In this document: positions 8,156 to 16,573 of the stretch, one piece after another
How the letters are laid out: each line of letters starts with the position of its first letter
Position numbering within the stretch: position 1 is the first letter of the stretch
Source of the DNA: Candidatus Thorarchaeota archaeon
GTDB taxonomy: Archaea > Asgardarchaeota > Thorarchaeia > Thorarchaeales > Thorarchaeaceae
Direction of reading: 5' to 3'
DNA: 23,838 nt
Assembly: GCA_016839445.1 (NCBI GenBank)
Contig: JAEOUG010000086.1
Span: 1-23,838, forward strand
The notes under the pieces: model-generated
What the model was told of the DNA's origin: nothing
What the model saw: the letters and a program-made list of their open reading frames with translations, nothing else
The model's database searches: none
Position numbers and translations under genes: made by a program

Positions 8156-9001
8156 CTACGGGAAGCTTCGGATGAGGTCTTCTTTCTCAGTTGGTGGAAG
8201 AGAGAAGTCGACCGGAAAGTCCATGTATGTGCTGGAGCAGGGGGTTCCTTTCGCCACATGAATCCGGATCTCGAGGTCCCCGTCTTCATCCCATTCGGCC
8301 TCGAGAATGTAGCTGTAGACGGTACTCCCCTGGTACGGATTCTGCCGTGGGTCCTGTGGGTAGTGCCTGCAAATCGAGTCGAATCCTCTTCCCTCACTGT
8401 GTGTACTCAGCAGGTCCATTATGTCCATAGTAGACCGAGCTGAAGCAAGGATATTGCTGGCAATCTGACGTCGCTTCTGACTGGTAGCTAATGGGCCTCC
8501 AGCCTCCCGGGCTTCTGCCGAAGCTCGTTTCAGAACATCAGACGTAGGAAGCAGAAGGTGATGGTTGGTCCTGACAATCATTGTGGAATCCAGCTCTATT
8601 TCCGCGTGGTCAGTGCCAATCTCGACCGCCGCAACTTGCCCGGGGTCTGCGAGTATGAAGTTGGACCATTGATACCTGAAACCAGCCTCAATCTCAGTCG
8701 TGATGAGCTCATGTGCCGACTCGATGTCGACGCAGTTTCTGAGGACGCGCTCCATCAAGTCGTCGTAGGGTGCATCATCGCTGATCAGGACAGTCGTGTT
8801 TGCTGCGGCCAGTCCGTGCACGTTGACACCAAAAGCCGCGCCTGTCGCCAGACCACTCTCCACATCTGCACCTTCGACAAGAAGGACCTGATCATCGAAC
8901 ACGACGCTATCCAAGAAGTCGGGCCATATCAGGTCTCGATTCTTGAAGATCAGGTACCTGTTCCCGATTACCTTCGCCCCAGCTGTGCACGCACCACTCA
9001 T
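8156..9001 (-). CDS. N-terminal nucleophile (Cys) hydrolase, peptidase C45/acyltransferase-like
   Basis: MSGA-CT followed by FKNRD, GVN.HGL, SNFIL, RTNH and SICRH. ATG 9001 places Cys at residue 5. The alternative start is TTG 9031, overlapping the MFS stop. Confidence 0.8.
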   Translation of the reverse strand: MSGACTAGAKVIGNRYLIFKNRDLIWPDFLDSVVFDDQVLLVEGADVESGLATGAAFGVNVHGLAAANTTVLISDDAPYDDLMERVLRNCVDIESAHELITTEIEAGFRYQWSNFILADPGQVAAVEIGTDHAEIELDSTMIVRTNHHLLLPTSDVLKRASAEAREAGGPLATSQKRRQIASNILASARSTMDIMDLLSTHSEGRGFDSICRHYPQDPRQNPYQGSTVYSYILEAEWDEDGDLEIRIHVAKGTPCSSTYMDFPVDFSLPPTEKEDLIRSFP

Positions 9002-9027
9002 GCATTCCCCGTCTGCGAGAACCGTCT

Positions 9028-10257
9028 TCAAACTATTGGTGAGTCCCCGGCAGACGATTCTACGACTTCTTCTTCAGTAGCAGGTTCGTCTTCCCGTTGC
9101 GATACTCTCAGATTGAGTAGAGATGCGGCAAGAGCTAGGGCTAGGATATTGCACACCATATTGATCCACGAAATCGGTTGCACCTTGAGGAAGATGTACT
9201 CTGCGAATACTCCTCCAATAATGGGCCCCAGCGCCGTTCCTGCGTTCTGCGCCCCGTAGACCAACGACATCGCACGCCCTCGTTCGTCCTCTCCTGATAT
9301 CAGAGCCGCCAAAGCTGTCGTTGCCGTGGACGAGAGTGGATAGATAGGGAGCGCCCAGAGAATCGCTGCAACAATCGGATCTGAAACCACGGCGAACAGG
9401 AAGGCGAAAGCCCCATAGCTGAGATAGGCAGCGACCAAGACCCTCACCGGCCCTCTGTTGTCGACGATCCTGCCTACGTACCTAGTCAAGAAGAAGGCCG
9501 TCAGAGTTGCTCCTGAGTTAGCTAGACCCACGAAAGCAGTCGTGCCACCTAGCTCATCGACCAGCATGATGGCAAGAAGGAAAGAGACTGAGTTGATGCC
9601 AATCTGACTGAGAGCCACAGCGAGCGTTAATCTAGACATCCCAGGCCGCTTGAGGATCTCGACAACACCAGTCCTGTCAGCTGCTCGTCGCTTCACGAAA
9701 GGAACGTCTTTGATGAGACCAGCACAGGCCAGAGTCGCTGCGATGCTGAGAAGGGCTGCAAGCCTGTAGAGAGCGAACATTCCTACATAGTCATATAATA
9801 CACCACTGAGGAACGCACCAAGGAACCAGCCACCAGACTGGGCTGCAATGAAGGTGCCAAGCCGCTCTCCCTTCTTCTCGGACCGAGTTGTGAGCAGCGC
9901 TTGGCCGGCAGGGAGTGCCGCAGACGAGAAGACGGCGCCGATAATGGCCACGACCAAGTACTGCAGGCTTGTCGTCACTACTGAATAGAGAAGGAATGTC
10001 GCTCCGTAGCCGGCGAAGCCAACAATCATGAAGAGCCTGCGCTTTCCCTTGCGGTCCGAAAGCCACCCCCAGACATTCGCCATCAGAAGAGTAACTAGGG
10101 CGGGGGCCGCCCAGACTATAGTGAGTTCAAGGAAGCCTGGTGTGTGTAGCTCGTGCTTGACGAAGAAGGTCACGAACTGCCAGCTTATGGCTTGAGCTGC
10201 CGCCTGAAGTGAGTAAGTCAGGTAGATGTAGAACGTTGGACGGTCATTCGCGGCCAT
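9028..10257 (-). CDS. Major facilitator superfamily (MFS) transporter
   Basis: Motif A in both halves (WGWLSDRKGKRR, GRIVDNRG), ERGRAMS, GPIIGG and about 12 TM helices. Confidence 0.92.
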   Translation of the reverse strand: MAANDRPTFYIYLTYSLQAAAQAISWQFVTFFVKHELHTPGFLELTIVWAAPALVTLLMANVWGWLSDRKGKRRLFMIVGFAGYGATFLLYSVVTTSLQYLVVAIIGAVFSSAALPAGQALLTTRSEKKGERLGTFIAAQSGGWFLGAFLSGVLYDYVGMFALYRLAALLSIAATLACAGLIKDVPFVKRRAADRTGVVEILKRPGMSRLTLAVALSQIGINSVSFLLAIMLVDELGGTTAFVGLANSGATLTAFFLTRYVGRIVDNRGPVRVLVAAYLSYGAFAFLFAVVSDPIVAAILWALPIYPLSSTATTALAALISGEDERGRAMSLVYGAQNAGTALGPIIGGVFAEYIFLKVQPISWINMVCNILALALAASLLNLRVSQREDEPATEEEVVESSAGDSPIV

Positions 10258-10388
10258 TAGGAATCTTCCTTTGCATGTGACGCCCGAGGTCCCACCTTAT
10301 GCTTAAGGATGTGACGGACAGGGCCATGGCCAGATGAAGTATATGCGCCAGCCATAGAGTATTTGAGTGAATTGGACATCGAAAACCC

Positions 10389-11516
10389 ATGTCATCCGAA
10401 GAGAGCGATGTAGTTCTGAAGGTGGAGAACCTCAGGGCATTCTATACATCGAAGAGAGGATTGGTGAGAGCCGTCAACCGCGTCAGCTTCGAGGTGCGGC
10501 GCGGAGAGATCTTCGGATTGTTCGGAGAGTCAGGATCTGGGAAGACGAGCATTGCTCTGGCAATCCTTGGGCTCTTCGATGACGTTTCCAGATACTACGC
10601 CTCCTCGTCGTCAAGTGATGAGAACAAGCGATTGTGGGAACTTAGGGAGAGAGTTACTGACAAGTCAAACGCATCAGAAGAAGTTGGAGAGGACCTCCCG
10701 GGAGTAGAGGGACACATCTGGTTCAAGGGGCAGGATCTTGTCAAGCTGATTGAAGACGAATTCAGAAGGATTAGAGGGGATAGAATAACGTACATCCCGC
10801 AAGGCACCACGAAGTCGCTGAATCCGTACTCAAAGATCGTCGAGCAGACTGCAGAGCCCCTCTTTGCACATGACGAAACCGGAAAGCTCTCGGAGAAAGG
10901 AGTAATACGGCGTGTGATCAAAGCGTTGGACTTGGTAGAACTCGGGGACGCAATCCTCCGCAAGGACATGAAGCCCTCTCAGTTCAGCGTAGGAGAAGAC
11001 CAACGTGTCCTCATGGCCATGGCGCTTGTTACGGTTCCGGACCTGGTCATCGCTGACGAACCTACGACAGCTGTAGACATGGCAATCCAAAACAGAATCC
11101 TGGAGGCCATTCAGCTCGCACGAGACGAACTAGGTCTCTCTATGCTGCTCATAAGCAACAATCAGACGACGATAAACGCGACCTGTGACAGGATTGCAGT
11201 CATGACAGCAGGACACATCGTCGAGATTGGGACCACCAAGAGAGTACTAGGCAATCCCGGCCATCCCTTTACGAGAGCCTTCATAATGAGCAATCCGAGC
11301 ATGGAGGCCATCAAGAAGATACGAGAGAAGGGCCTGAGAATCAGAGGCATCCCAGGCCAGGCACCCGACAACACACAACCAATAATCGGATGTCCATTCA
11401 GTGAGCGGTGTGACTTCGTCATAGACAAGTGCAGAGAAATCCAGCCCGAGCTTCGCGAGGTCGATGACGGCCACAAGGTCATGTGTCACCGCTATGAGGA
11501 ATTACCTGAATGGTAG
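10389..11516 (+). CDS. Dpp/Opp-type ABC ATP-binding protein with degenerate signature and H-loop, plus an insertion
   Basis: Walker A GESGSGKT, YIPQG, FSVGEDQ (signature), VIADEPT, ISNN (H-loop lost), HPFT and C-terminal GCPFSERC...C...C. Confidence 0.9.
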   Translation: MSSEESDVVLKVENLRAFYTSKRGLVRAVNRVSFEVRRGEIFGLFGESGSGKTSIALAILGLFDDVSRYYASSSSSDENKRLWELRERVTDKSNASEEVGEDLPGVEGHIWFKGQDLVKLIEDEFRRIRGDRITYIPQGTTKSLNPYSKIVEQTAEPLFAHDETGKLSEKGVIRRVIKALDLVELGDAILRKDMKPSQFSVGEDQRVLMAMALVTVPDLVIADEPTTAVDMAIQNRILEAIQLARDELGLSMLLISNNQTTINATCDRIAVMTAGHIVEIGTTKRVLGNPGHPFTRAFIMSNPSMEAIKKIREKGLRIRGIPGQAPDNTQPIIGCPFSERCDFVIDKCREIQPELREVDDGHKVMCHRYEELPEW

Positions 11517-11533
11517 CCCCCAATCCACCGTTC

Positions 11534-12721
11534 CTACTTCTTCGCCTTTGGCTTCCGAAGGGTGACTAGTCTGTACTTCCGGCTTCCCAAGCCAATCTTC
11601 TCTGCATGAGATAGCTGATCCTCTGCGAAGTGGAGATGTTCTCCCGAGTCTTGATCCTTATGACCATGAGCAACCGCGAACTTGTCCTCACCTTCTTTGC
11701 AGTCGGATGCAAGAGAGGCGGGATTCGGAGTTGCTGCTGAAACTGCGTCCATAGTGGCCTGGTCAATGGCTACAGGGTCCTGAGACCCGAATATTCCGAC
11801 ATCGTGCACGAGCAGTGGAGCACCAACGTTCCAGCAGTCGCACTTGTCTGAGATGTCAATAGCCAGATTCAGATAGTAGAATCGCTCTCGTCCGACTGAG
11901 TCCACGACACCAAGAGCATTCTCCACGAATCTGACGGCCTGCTCAGGTGCAGGCCTCCATCCAATCGATATGGCTCTAGCTTTGACCTCACTTGCACACA
12001 CGCCCCTGCAATGACCACAGTGAATGCAGGCATCAGTGTCGATAACTGCCACCTTCTTCATTGTGATGCATCGCACAGGGCATACGCTCAGACAAGCAGA
12101 GCACTCGGGGCCCTTACACGTCTCAGCGTCAACACTGATGTTCTTCATGAAGTGCATCTCTGCCTTTCCACTCTTCCCCACAAGACCGATGCCTAGGTTC
12201 TTAATCGATCCACCAAGCCCGCTGAGCCCATGGCCTTTGGCGTGAGTAAGCATGATGATGATGTCTGAGTCCAAGACGGCAGCAGCAATGTCAACATGCT
12301 GCACGAACTCGCCATCTATCGCGACACGGTGGGTGTCCGTTCCCCAGTATCCGTCAGCCATGAGGATGGGGGCCCCGACTGATGCAGGCGTGAAGCCGTT
12401 CAGTGCGGCCATGGCCAGGTACTCTGGCGCGGTGGTCCTTCCTCCATAGGTCCCTCCTGCGCCATATCCCAGACCACAGGTCTCAGTGACAAAAGGGTGA
12501 CCGCCCGCCTCACGTACTAGGTCTACGACCTTGCGGACATATGCGGGCCTGAGATAGTTCGTGTTTCCCCAGTTGCCGAAATGGGTCTTCACTTGAACTC
12601 GGTAGTCCTTCTTGATGGCTTTTTCGAGACCTAGTCTCTTGAAGACATGCTCAATCTTGTCGAGCATGTTGTATTCTGAATCTGCTTCTCTGTCAGCGAA
12701 ATAGACAATGGGTTCTGCCAT
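11534..12721 (-). CDS. DUF362-type Fe-S protein with an inserted 2x[4Fe-4S] ferredoxin domain
   Basis: VKTHFG..GN, HAKGH..SG.GGSIKNLG.G, CDC and S.DPVAID. Ferredoxin motifs C(KGPE)CSACLSVCP and CIHCGHCRGVC. GGTGAGGA SD upstream. Confidence 0.85.
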   Translation of the reverse strand: MAEPIVYFADREADSEYNMLDKIEHVFKRLGLEKAIKKDYRVQVKTHFGNWGNTNYLRPAYVRKVVDLVREAGGHPFVTETCGLGYGAGGTYGGRTTAPEYLAMAALNGFTPASVGAPILMADGYWGTDTHRVAIDGEFVQHVDIAAAVLDSDIIIMLTHAKGHGLSGLGGSIKNLGIGLVGKSGKAEMHFMKNISVDAETCKGPECSACLSVCPVRCITMKKVAVIDTDACIHCGHCRGVCASEVKARAISIGWRPAPEQAVRFVENALGVVDSVGRERFYYLNLAIDISDKCDCWNVGAPLLVHDVGIFGSQDPVAIDQATMDAVSAATPNPASLASDCKEGEDKFAVAHGHKDQDSGEHLHFAEDQLSHAEKIGLGSRKYRLVTLRKPKAKK

Positions 12722-12753
12722 GGCGAATCCTCACCACATTCGTGTCAGTATAG

Positions 12754-12760
12754 CTATTAA
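12754..12760 (-). promoter_or_regulatory. Putative archaeal TATA box (TTAATAG) for the DUF362 gene
   Basis: AT-rich box about 35 nt upstream of ATG 12721 in an otherwise GC-balanced region. Confidence 0.4.
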
Positions 12761-12834
12761 CAGTTCCCGTTTCTCGTTGCCGTGCCATGCATAGAACAAT
12801 GCATCTTTGAGGACGAGACGGAGACTTCTGGGGT

Positions 12835-13287
12835 ATGACATACTCGCGCGATGCACTGAAGGGTAGGTCAGTGTCCGAATTGGAGATGCTGACGGGCTAT
12901 TGGAGAGGTGTCCACGGCGACGACATTTTCGAGGAGTACTGGCTACCTGAAGCTCGCCGAAACAAGGCGTGCGTCTTCAGGTGGCTGAAGGGGCAGTCAA
13001 TCTACATCTACGAGATAGTCGCACTTGTCGAGAGAAACAACGAGATTCACATGTTGCTCAGGCACTTTGACAGAGACTTCGTGGCCTCGGAGGACAAGGA
13101 CAATCCACTGGACTTCGTCGTGACCGAGATGTCGTCCACACAGGTTGCCCTCGTGGACACTCACGATCCCGATGGTGGCTATCTTCAATATGACGCCAGC
13201 GAGGAGGGACGCCTCAGGTTTCGGGCATACGGAGCGGATGGGTCAGTGTTGTTCGAACTCCAGTTTGAGAAGATCGACAAGTGCTGA
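12835..13287 (+). CDS. Hypothetical protein, DUF6265-like (lipocalin/calycin-like beta-barrel)
   Basis: L..LTGYWRG....FEEYW...FRW.....YE....L.LRHF pattern, recalled from the DUF6265 family. Clean 150-aa ORF. Confidence 0.6.
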   Translation: MTYSRDALKGRSVSELEMLTGYWRGVHGDDIFEEYWLPEARRNKACVFRWLKGQSIYIYEIVALVERNNEIHMLLRHFDRDFVASEDKDNPLDFVVTEMSSTQVALVDTHDPDGGYLQYDASEEGRLRFRAYGADGSVLFELQFEKIDKC

Positions 13288-13314
13288 GCAGTCTGGAATG
13301 CTTCTTTGACACGC

Positions 13315-13322
13315 TTTATTAG
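13315..13322 (+). promoter_or_regulatory. Putative archaeal TATA box (TTTATTAG) for the ABC ATPase at 13354
   Basis: TTTATTAG ends 31 nt upstream of ATG 13354, consistent with a leaderless or short-leader archaeal transcript. Confidence 0.45.
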
Positions 13323-13353
13323 AGAAACATCGATGCTCAGGCTGGGTGTCTGG

Positions 13354-14439
13354 ATGGCCAAGGGCGACCCTATCCTAGTAGTTGAGAATCTCCGAGCGTA
13401 CTATCCATCAAAGAAGGGGCTTGTCAGAGCTGTGGATGACGTATCCATAGTAGTGCGTGAGGGGGAGTGCGTAGGCATTCTCGGCGAGAGCGGTTCTGGC
13501 AAGACGAGCCTTGCTCTCTCGGTGATGGGTCTGTTCGAACGCATTGCTAGATTCTCAGCCGGTGCCTCTAATGACCCCGAACTTATGAGAGCCTTCCGCG
13601 AAGGAAAGAAGCCCCTCGAGGAGAGACCGGGTGTTTCAGGGAAAGTCATCTTCCGTGGGCAAGATATGCTGAGCATTCCAGAGGATGAGAGAGTGAAGAT
13701 CCGAGGCAAGGAACTGAGCCTCATCCCTCAGGGACTCGGCCATGCTCTCAACCCTCAGCACAGTATTGGATACCAGACTGCAGAACCTGTGGAAGTCCAT
13801 GAGGATGAGATACGCCTCATCGAACTCAAGAGGAAGGTGCTTGAGTATCTCGGCATCGTACAACTCGCTGATGCCGGTCTCAGGTATGTCATGGACCCGT
13901 CAACTTTCAGTGGCGGGGAATCTCAACGAATCCTTATCGCCATGGCCCTCATTGCCGGACCCTACATGGTTATTGCAGATGAGCCAACGTCAGCGTTGGA
14001 TGTCACCATGCAGAGGCAGATTCTAAACGTGCTCGGAATGGTACGTGATGATTTTGATGTCTCGTTGCTGCTGATCAGCCATGACGCTGGAGTCGTAGCC
14101 GAGCTATCGAACAGAGTTGCTGTGATGTACTGCGGGAAGATCATGGAGTTCGGACCTGCGGTCAAGATGTTCCATGAACCGGACCACCCCTACACCATGG
14201 GCCTGATGTCTTCATTCCCCACCATCGCCATGATGCAGATGAAGGCAGGGAAGAGACCTCGCCTTCGCGGCATTCCAGGAGACCCTCCGGATCTCACCGA
14301 GATTCCTTCAGGATGTCCATTCAACCCGCGGTGCAGGTTCGCCATTGACATCTGCAGGGAACAGGTGCCCGAATACAGGGAAGTTGAAACAGATCACTGG
14401 ATTCGCTGTCATAGGTACGGCGACCTGTCAGAAGAATAA
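13354..14439 (+). CDS. Dpp/Opp-type ABC ATP-binding protein (DppD-like) with an insertion
   Basis: GESGSGKT, LIPQG, FSGGESQ, VIADEPTSALD, ISHD, HPYT and GCPFNPRC...C...C. Start set at ATG 13354 (MAKGDPIL) by homology to the 10389 paralog and the TATA spacing. Confidence 0.92.
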   Translation: MAKGDPILVVENLRAYYPSKKGLVRAVDDVSIVVREGECVGILGESGSGKTSLALSVMGLFERIARFSAGASNDPELMRAFREGKKPLEERPGVSGKVIFRGQDMLSIPEDERVKIRGKELSLIPQGLGHALNPQHSIGYQTAEPVEVHEDEIRLIELKRKVLEYLGIVQLADAGLRYVMDPSTFSGGESQRILIAMALIAGPYMVIADEPTSALDVTMQRQILNVLGMVRDDFDVSLLLISHDAGVVAELSNRVAVMYCGKIMEFGPAVKMFHEPDHPYTMGLMSSFPTIAMMQMKAGKRPRLRGIPGDPPDLTEIPSGCPFNPRCRFAIDICREQVPEYREVETDHWIRCHRYGDLSEE

Positions 14440-14442
14440 GGT

Positions 14443-14463
14443 GTGGGCGCCAGAGGCACCCAC
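14443..14463. terminator. Small hairpin just after the ABC ATPase stop, between convergent genes
   Basis: GTGGGCGCC-AGA-GGCACCCAC forms a 9-bp stem (fully paired with one G-U on the minus strand). A T-run (GTTTTCC) follows on the plus strand. Confidence 0.4.
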
Positions 14464-14709
14464 GTGAGTTTTCCTGAACCAAGTCTGAGCTTGATGGGCG
14501 TGAGAGAGCCAAGTCTACAACATACGCACAGGTTGCACCCTTCTCAGAAGCGCCACGCATCCATCTCGACCTTGGAATTCCTCCCGGATAACTTGACATC
14601 ACTGTATTGCGCTGATATATACGTGTTACCCAAAGCCATAGTGTTTGTTTGAGGAATGGCGCGGTTCGTGCGACCGGCGATGCCAAGAGTGACCTGACCC
14701 CGTTGCGAA

Positions 14710-15750
14710 CTACTGCTTGCCCATAGTCAGGGCCATTATGGCCTTCTGGACGTGTAATCGATTCTCTGCAACATCATATACGATTGATCTTGGTCCGTCG
14801 CAGACCTCATCTGTGACCTCAGCATTCCTGTCAACGGGACCGCAATGTGTGAACAGCGCGTTGTTCGTCATGGACATCCATTCCTTGTTGCAGATCCAGT
14901 CGTCATACTTGGATGCAAGCTGGATTTCCTTGCTCTTCGCTCCATCAACGTTGTCCTTGGCCACATAGTCATAGAAGTTGGACGTCATCCAGTTTCGTGA
15001 GTAGACGATATCCGCGTCCTTGTAAGCTTCCTCAAGATCGTGCACGATCTCGAAGGTACTGTCAGATCTCTGTGCGTTCTCCTCGCACCACTTGATGACT
15101 TCAGGGTCGAGTTCGTATCCCTTCGGATGAGCGAGAGTGACATCCATTCCAAGTCGCGAGTTGAGGAGGATACTCTCTTGAACGCTAGACCAAGATCTTA
15201 CCAAGGCACCTTTGGCCCACACCTGCACGAGCTTCTTCCCCTTCAGGTTCTTGCCAGCATGCATGCGGTAGCCCATCACGTCGGCGAGACCCTGACATGG
15301 GTGGAAGCGGTCATGCGCCATGCTGACAATAGGAATCGTGGCGTACTGAGCATATTCCCGCAGCAATTCATCACCCTGCCCGTAGGTCTCAAGTGCGGTC
15401 TCTAGAATTCTGATGCCAATGCCTACAGCATATCTGCTCATGACTTCGGCAGCATCCTGAACCGTCTCGCCAGCCGTCTTGGCAGACTTCAGTCGCATGC
15501 TCTTGGGTTCCAGAAACTGAGCGTGTCCACCGAGCTCAGTAGCTGCGGCCTCAAACGACTGTCTTGTTCTCACACTTGGATTGTAGAAGAACATGAAGAA
15601 GGTCCGTCGATCAAGACAGTTGTTCAACGGGTGATCATACCGGTTAGCCTTGAACTCAAAGGAGAGGTCGAGAGTCTTCTCCAGCTCTTCGACGCTCCAG
15701 TCCTGTGTAGTAATCAAATCCTTGCCATACAGACTGTTCATTTTCGTCAC
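14710..15750 (-). CDS. Ornithine/aspartate carbamoyltransferase family protein, N-acetyl/N-succinylornithine carbamoyltransferase-like
   Basis: Carbamoyl-phosphate motif FYNPSVRTRQSF, HPCQ, YSRNW, HCGPVDR and AENRLH. It lacks the OTCase DxxxSMG motif. Confidence 0.88.
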   Translation of the reverse strand: MTKMNSLYGKDLITTQDWSVEELEKTLDLSFEFKANRYDHPLNNCLDRRTFFMFFYNPSVRTRQSFEAAATELGGHAQFLEPKSMRLKSAKTAGETVQDAAEVMSRYAVGIGIRILETALETYGQGDELLREYAQYATIPIVSMAHDRFHPCQGLADVMGYRMHAGKNLKGKKLVQVWAKGALVRSWSSVQESILLNSRLGMDVTLAHPKGYELDPEVIKWCEENAQRSDSTFEIVHDLEEAYKDADIVYSRNWMTSNFYDYVAKDNVDGAKSKEIQLASKYDDWICNKEWMSMTNNALFTHCGPVDRNAEVTDEVCDGPRSIVYDVAENRLHVQKAIMALTMGKQ

Positions 15751-15810
15751 GACATGCAGTGGTGAGCTGGCTTGGTTTTAGATGTATCGAACGGTCTTCT
15801 GACTGCCTCT

Positions 15811-15862
15811 AGAAAAGGAGAAAGGAAAAGCGGTGGAGTCCCGATAGAAGCACGGAACTCCA
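15811..15862 (-). terminator. Hairpin plus pyrimidine/U-tract terminator downstream of rubrerythrin
   Basis: Minus strand UGGAGUUCCG-ugcuucuau-CGGGACUCCA (10 bp) followed by CCGCUUUUCCUUUCUCCUUUUC, starting about 10 nt after the stop. Confidence 0.65.
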
Positions 15863-15871
15863 TGACCTTGA

Positions 15872-16453
15872 TTACTGGAAGACGTGTGGATAGAAGTATC
15901 CCTTGGCGTGATCACATGCAGGGCACTTCTCTGGAGGGTGGTCGCCCTCATGGATGTAGCCGCAGTTAGAGCATCGCCACTTGATCTTCTCTTTCTTCTT
16001 CAGAATACTACCATCAGCCACCATATCGGCGAGCTTAGTATATCGCTCGTGGTGCCAAGTTTCAGCGTGGGCTATCATACGCCATACATGGGCGATGTTC
16101 TTGAAGCCCTCTTTCTCAGCTACATCGGCGTAGCCGGGATACATATCGCTGAACTCGAACTTCTCCCCCTTGGCAGCGGACCTGAGATTCTCCTCAGTAG
16201 TCCCTATGTGGCCAGTGGGGAACATCCACTCAACCTTTACTTCAGGGGTGCAGCCGCCTGCATCCATGAACTTGAAGAATCTCGCGGCGTGTTCGACTTC
16301 CTCTCTGGCAGTCTCTTCGAATACCTTGGCGATATACTGATAGCCTTCTTCTTTTGCGGCCTTTGCATATCTCATGTATCTGTTTGTGGCCTGAGACTCA
16401 CCTGCAAAAGCGGTGAGCAGGTTCTTCTCGGTCTCTGTTCCTTTGAGGTCCAT
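15872..16453 (-). CDS. rbr: Rubrerythrin
   Basis: LKGTETEKNLLTAFAGESQA, diiron ExxH motifs (EVEH, ETWH), GEKFE..MYP and a C-terminal rubredoxin domain WRCSNCG...CPACDH. Start at ATG 16453. Confidence 0.95.
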   Translation of the reverse strand: MDLKGTETEKNLLTAFAGESQATNRYMRYAKAAKEEGYQYIAKVFEETAREEVEHAARFFKFMDAGGCTPEVKVEWMFPTGHIGTTEENLRSAAKGEKFEFSDMYPGYADVAEKEGFKNIAHVWRMIAHAETWHHERYTKLADMVADGSILKKKEKIKWRCSNCGYIHEGDHPPEKCPACDHAKGYFYPHVFQ

Positions 16454-16573
16454 CGTTCTCAACTCTCTCTCGGGAGGCATACTCCTCCCGTTCTCATCAT
16501 CGCCGAAGCGAGAATGAGGTGCCAGCTTTCCACTTGCTAATAAGAGTGCGCTTAGATGAGACTAAGAGTGGCT

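Noticed and set aside
8558-9259. 233-aa plus-strand ORF
   Set aside because: Antisense shadow of the Ntn hydrolase and MFS genes, with no recognisable motifs.
14443-14652. 69-aa plus-strand ORF and the 121-aa minus-strand ORF 14321-14686
   Set aside because: No protein-like motifs. One starts inside a hairpin and the other overlaps the ABC gene by more than 100 nt.
15884-16540. 218-aa plus-strand ORF
   Set aside because: Antisense to the well-supported rubrerythrin, a codon-mirror artefact.
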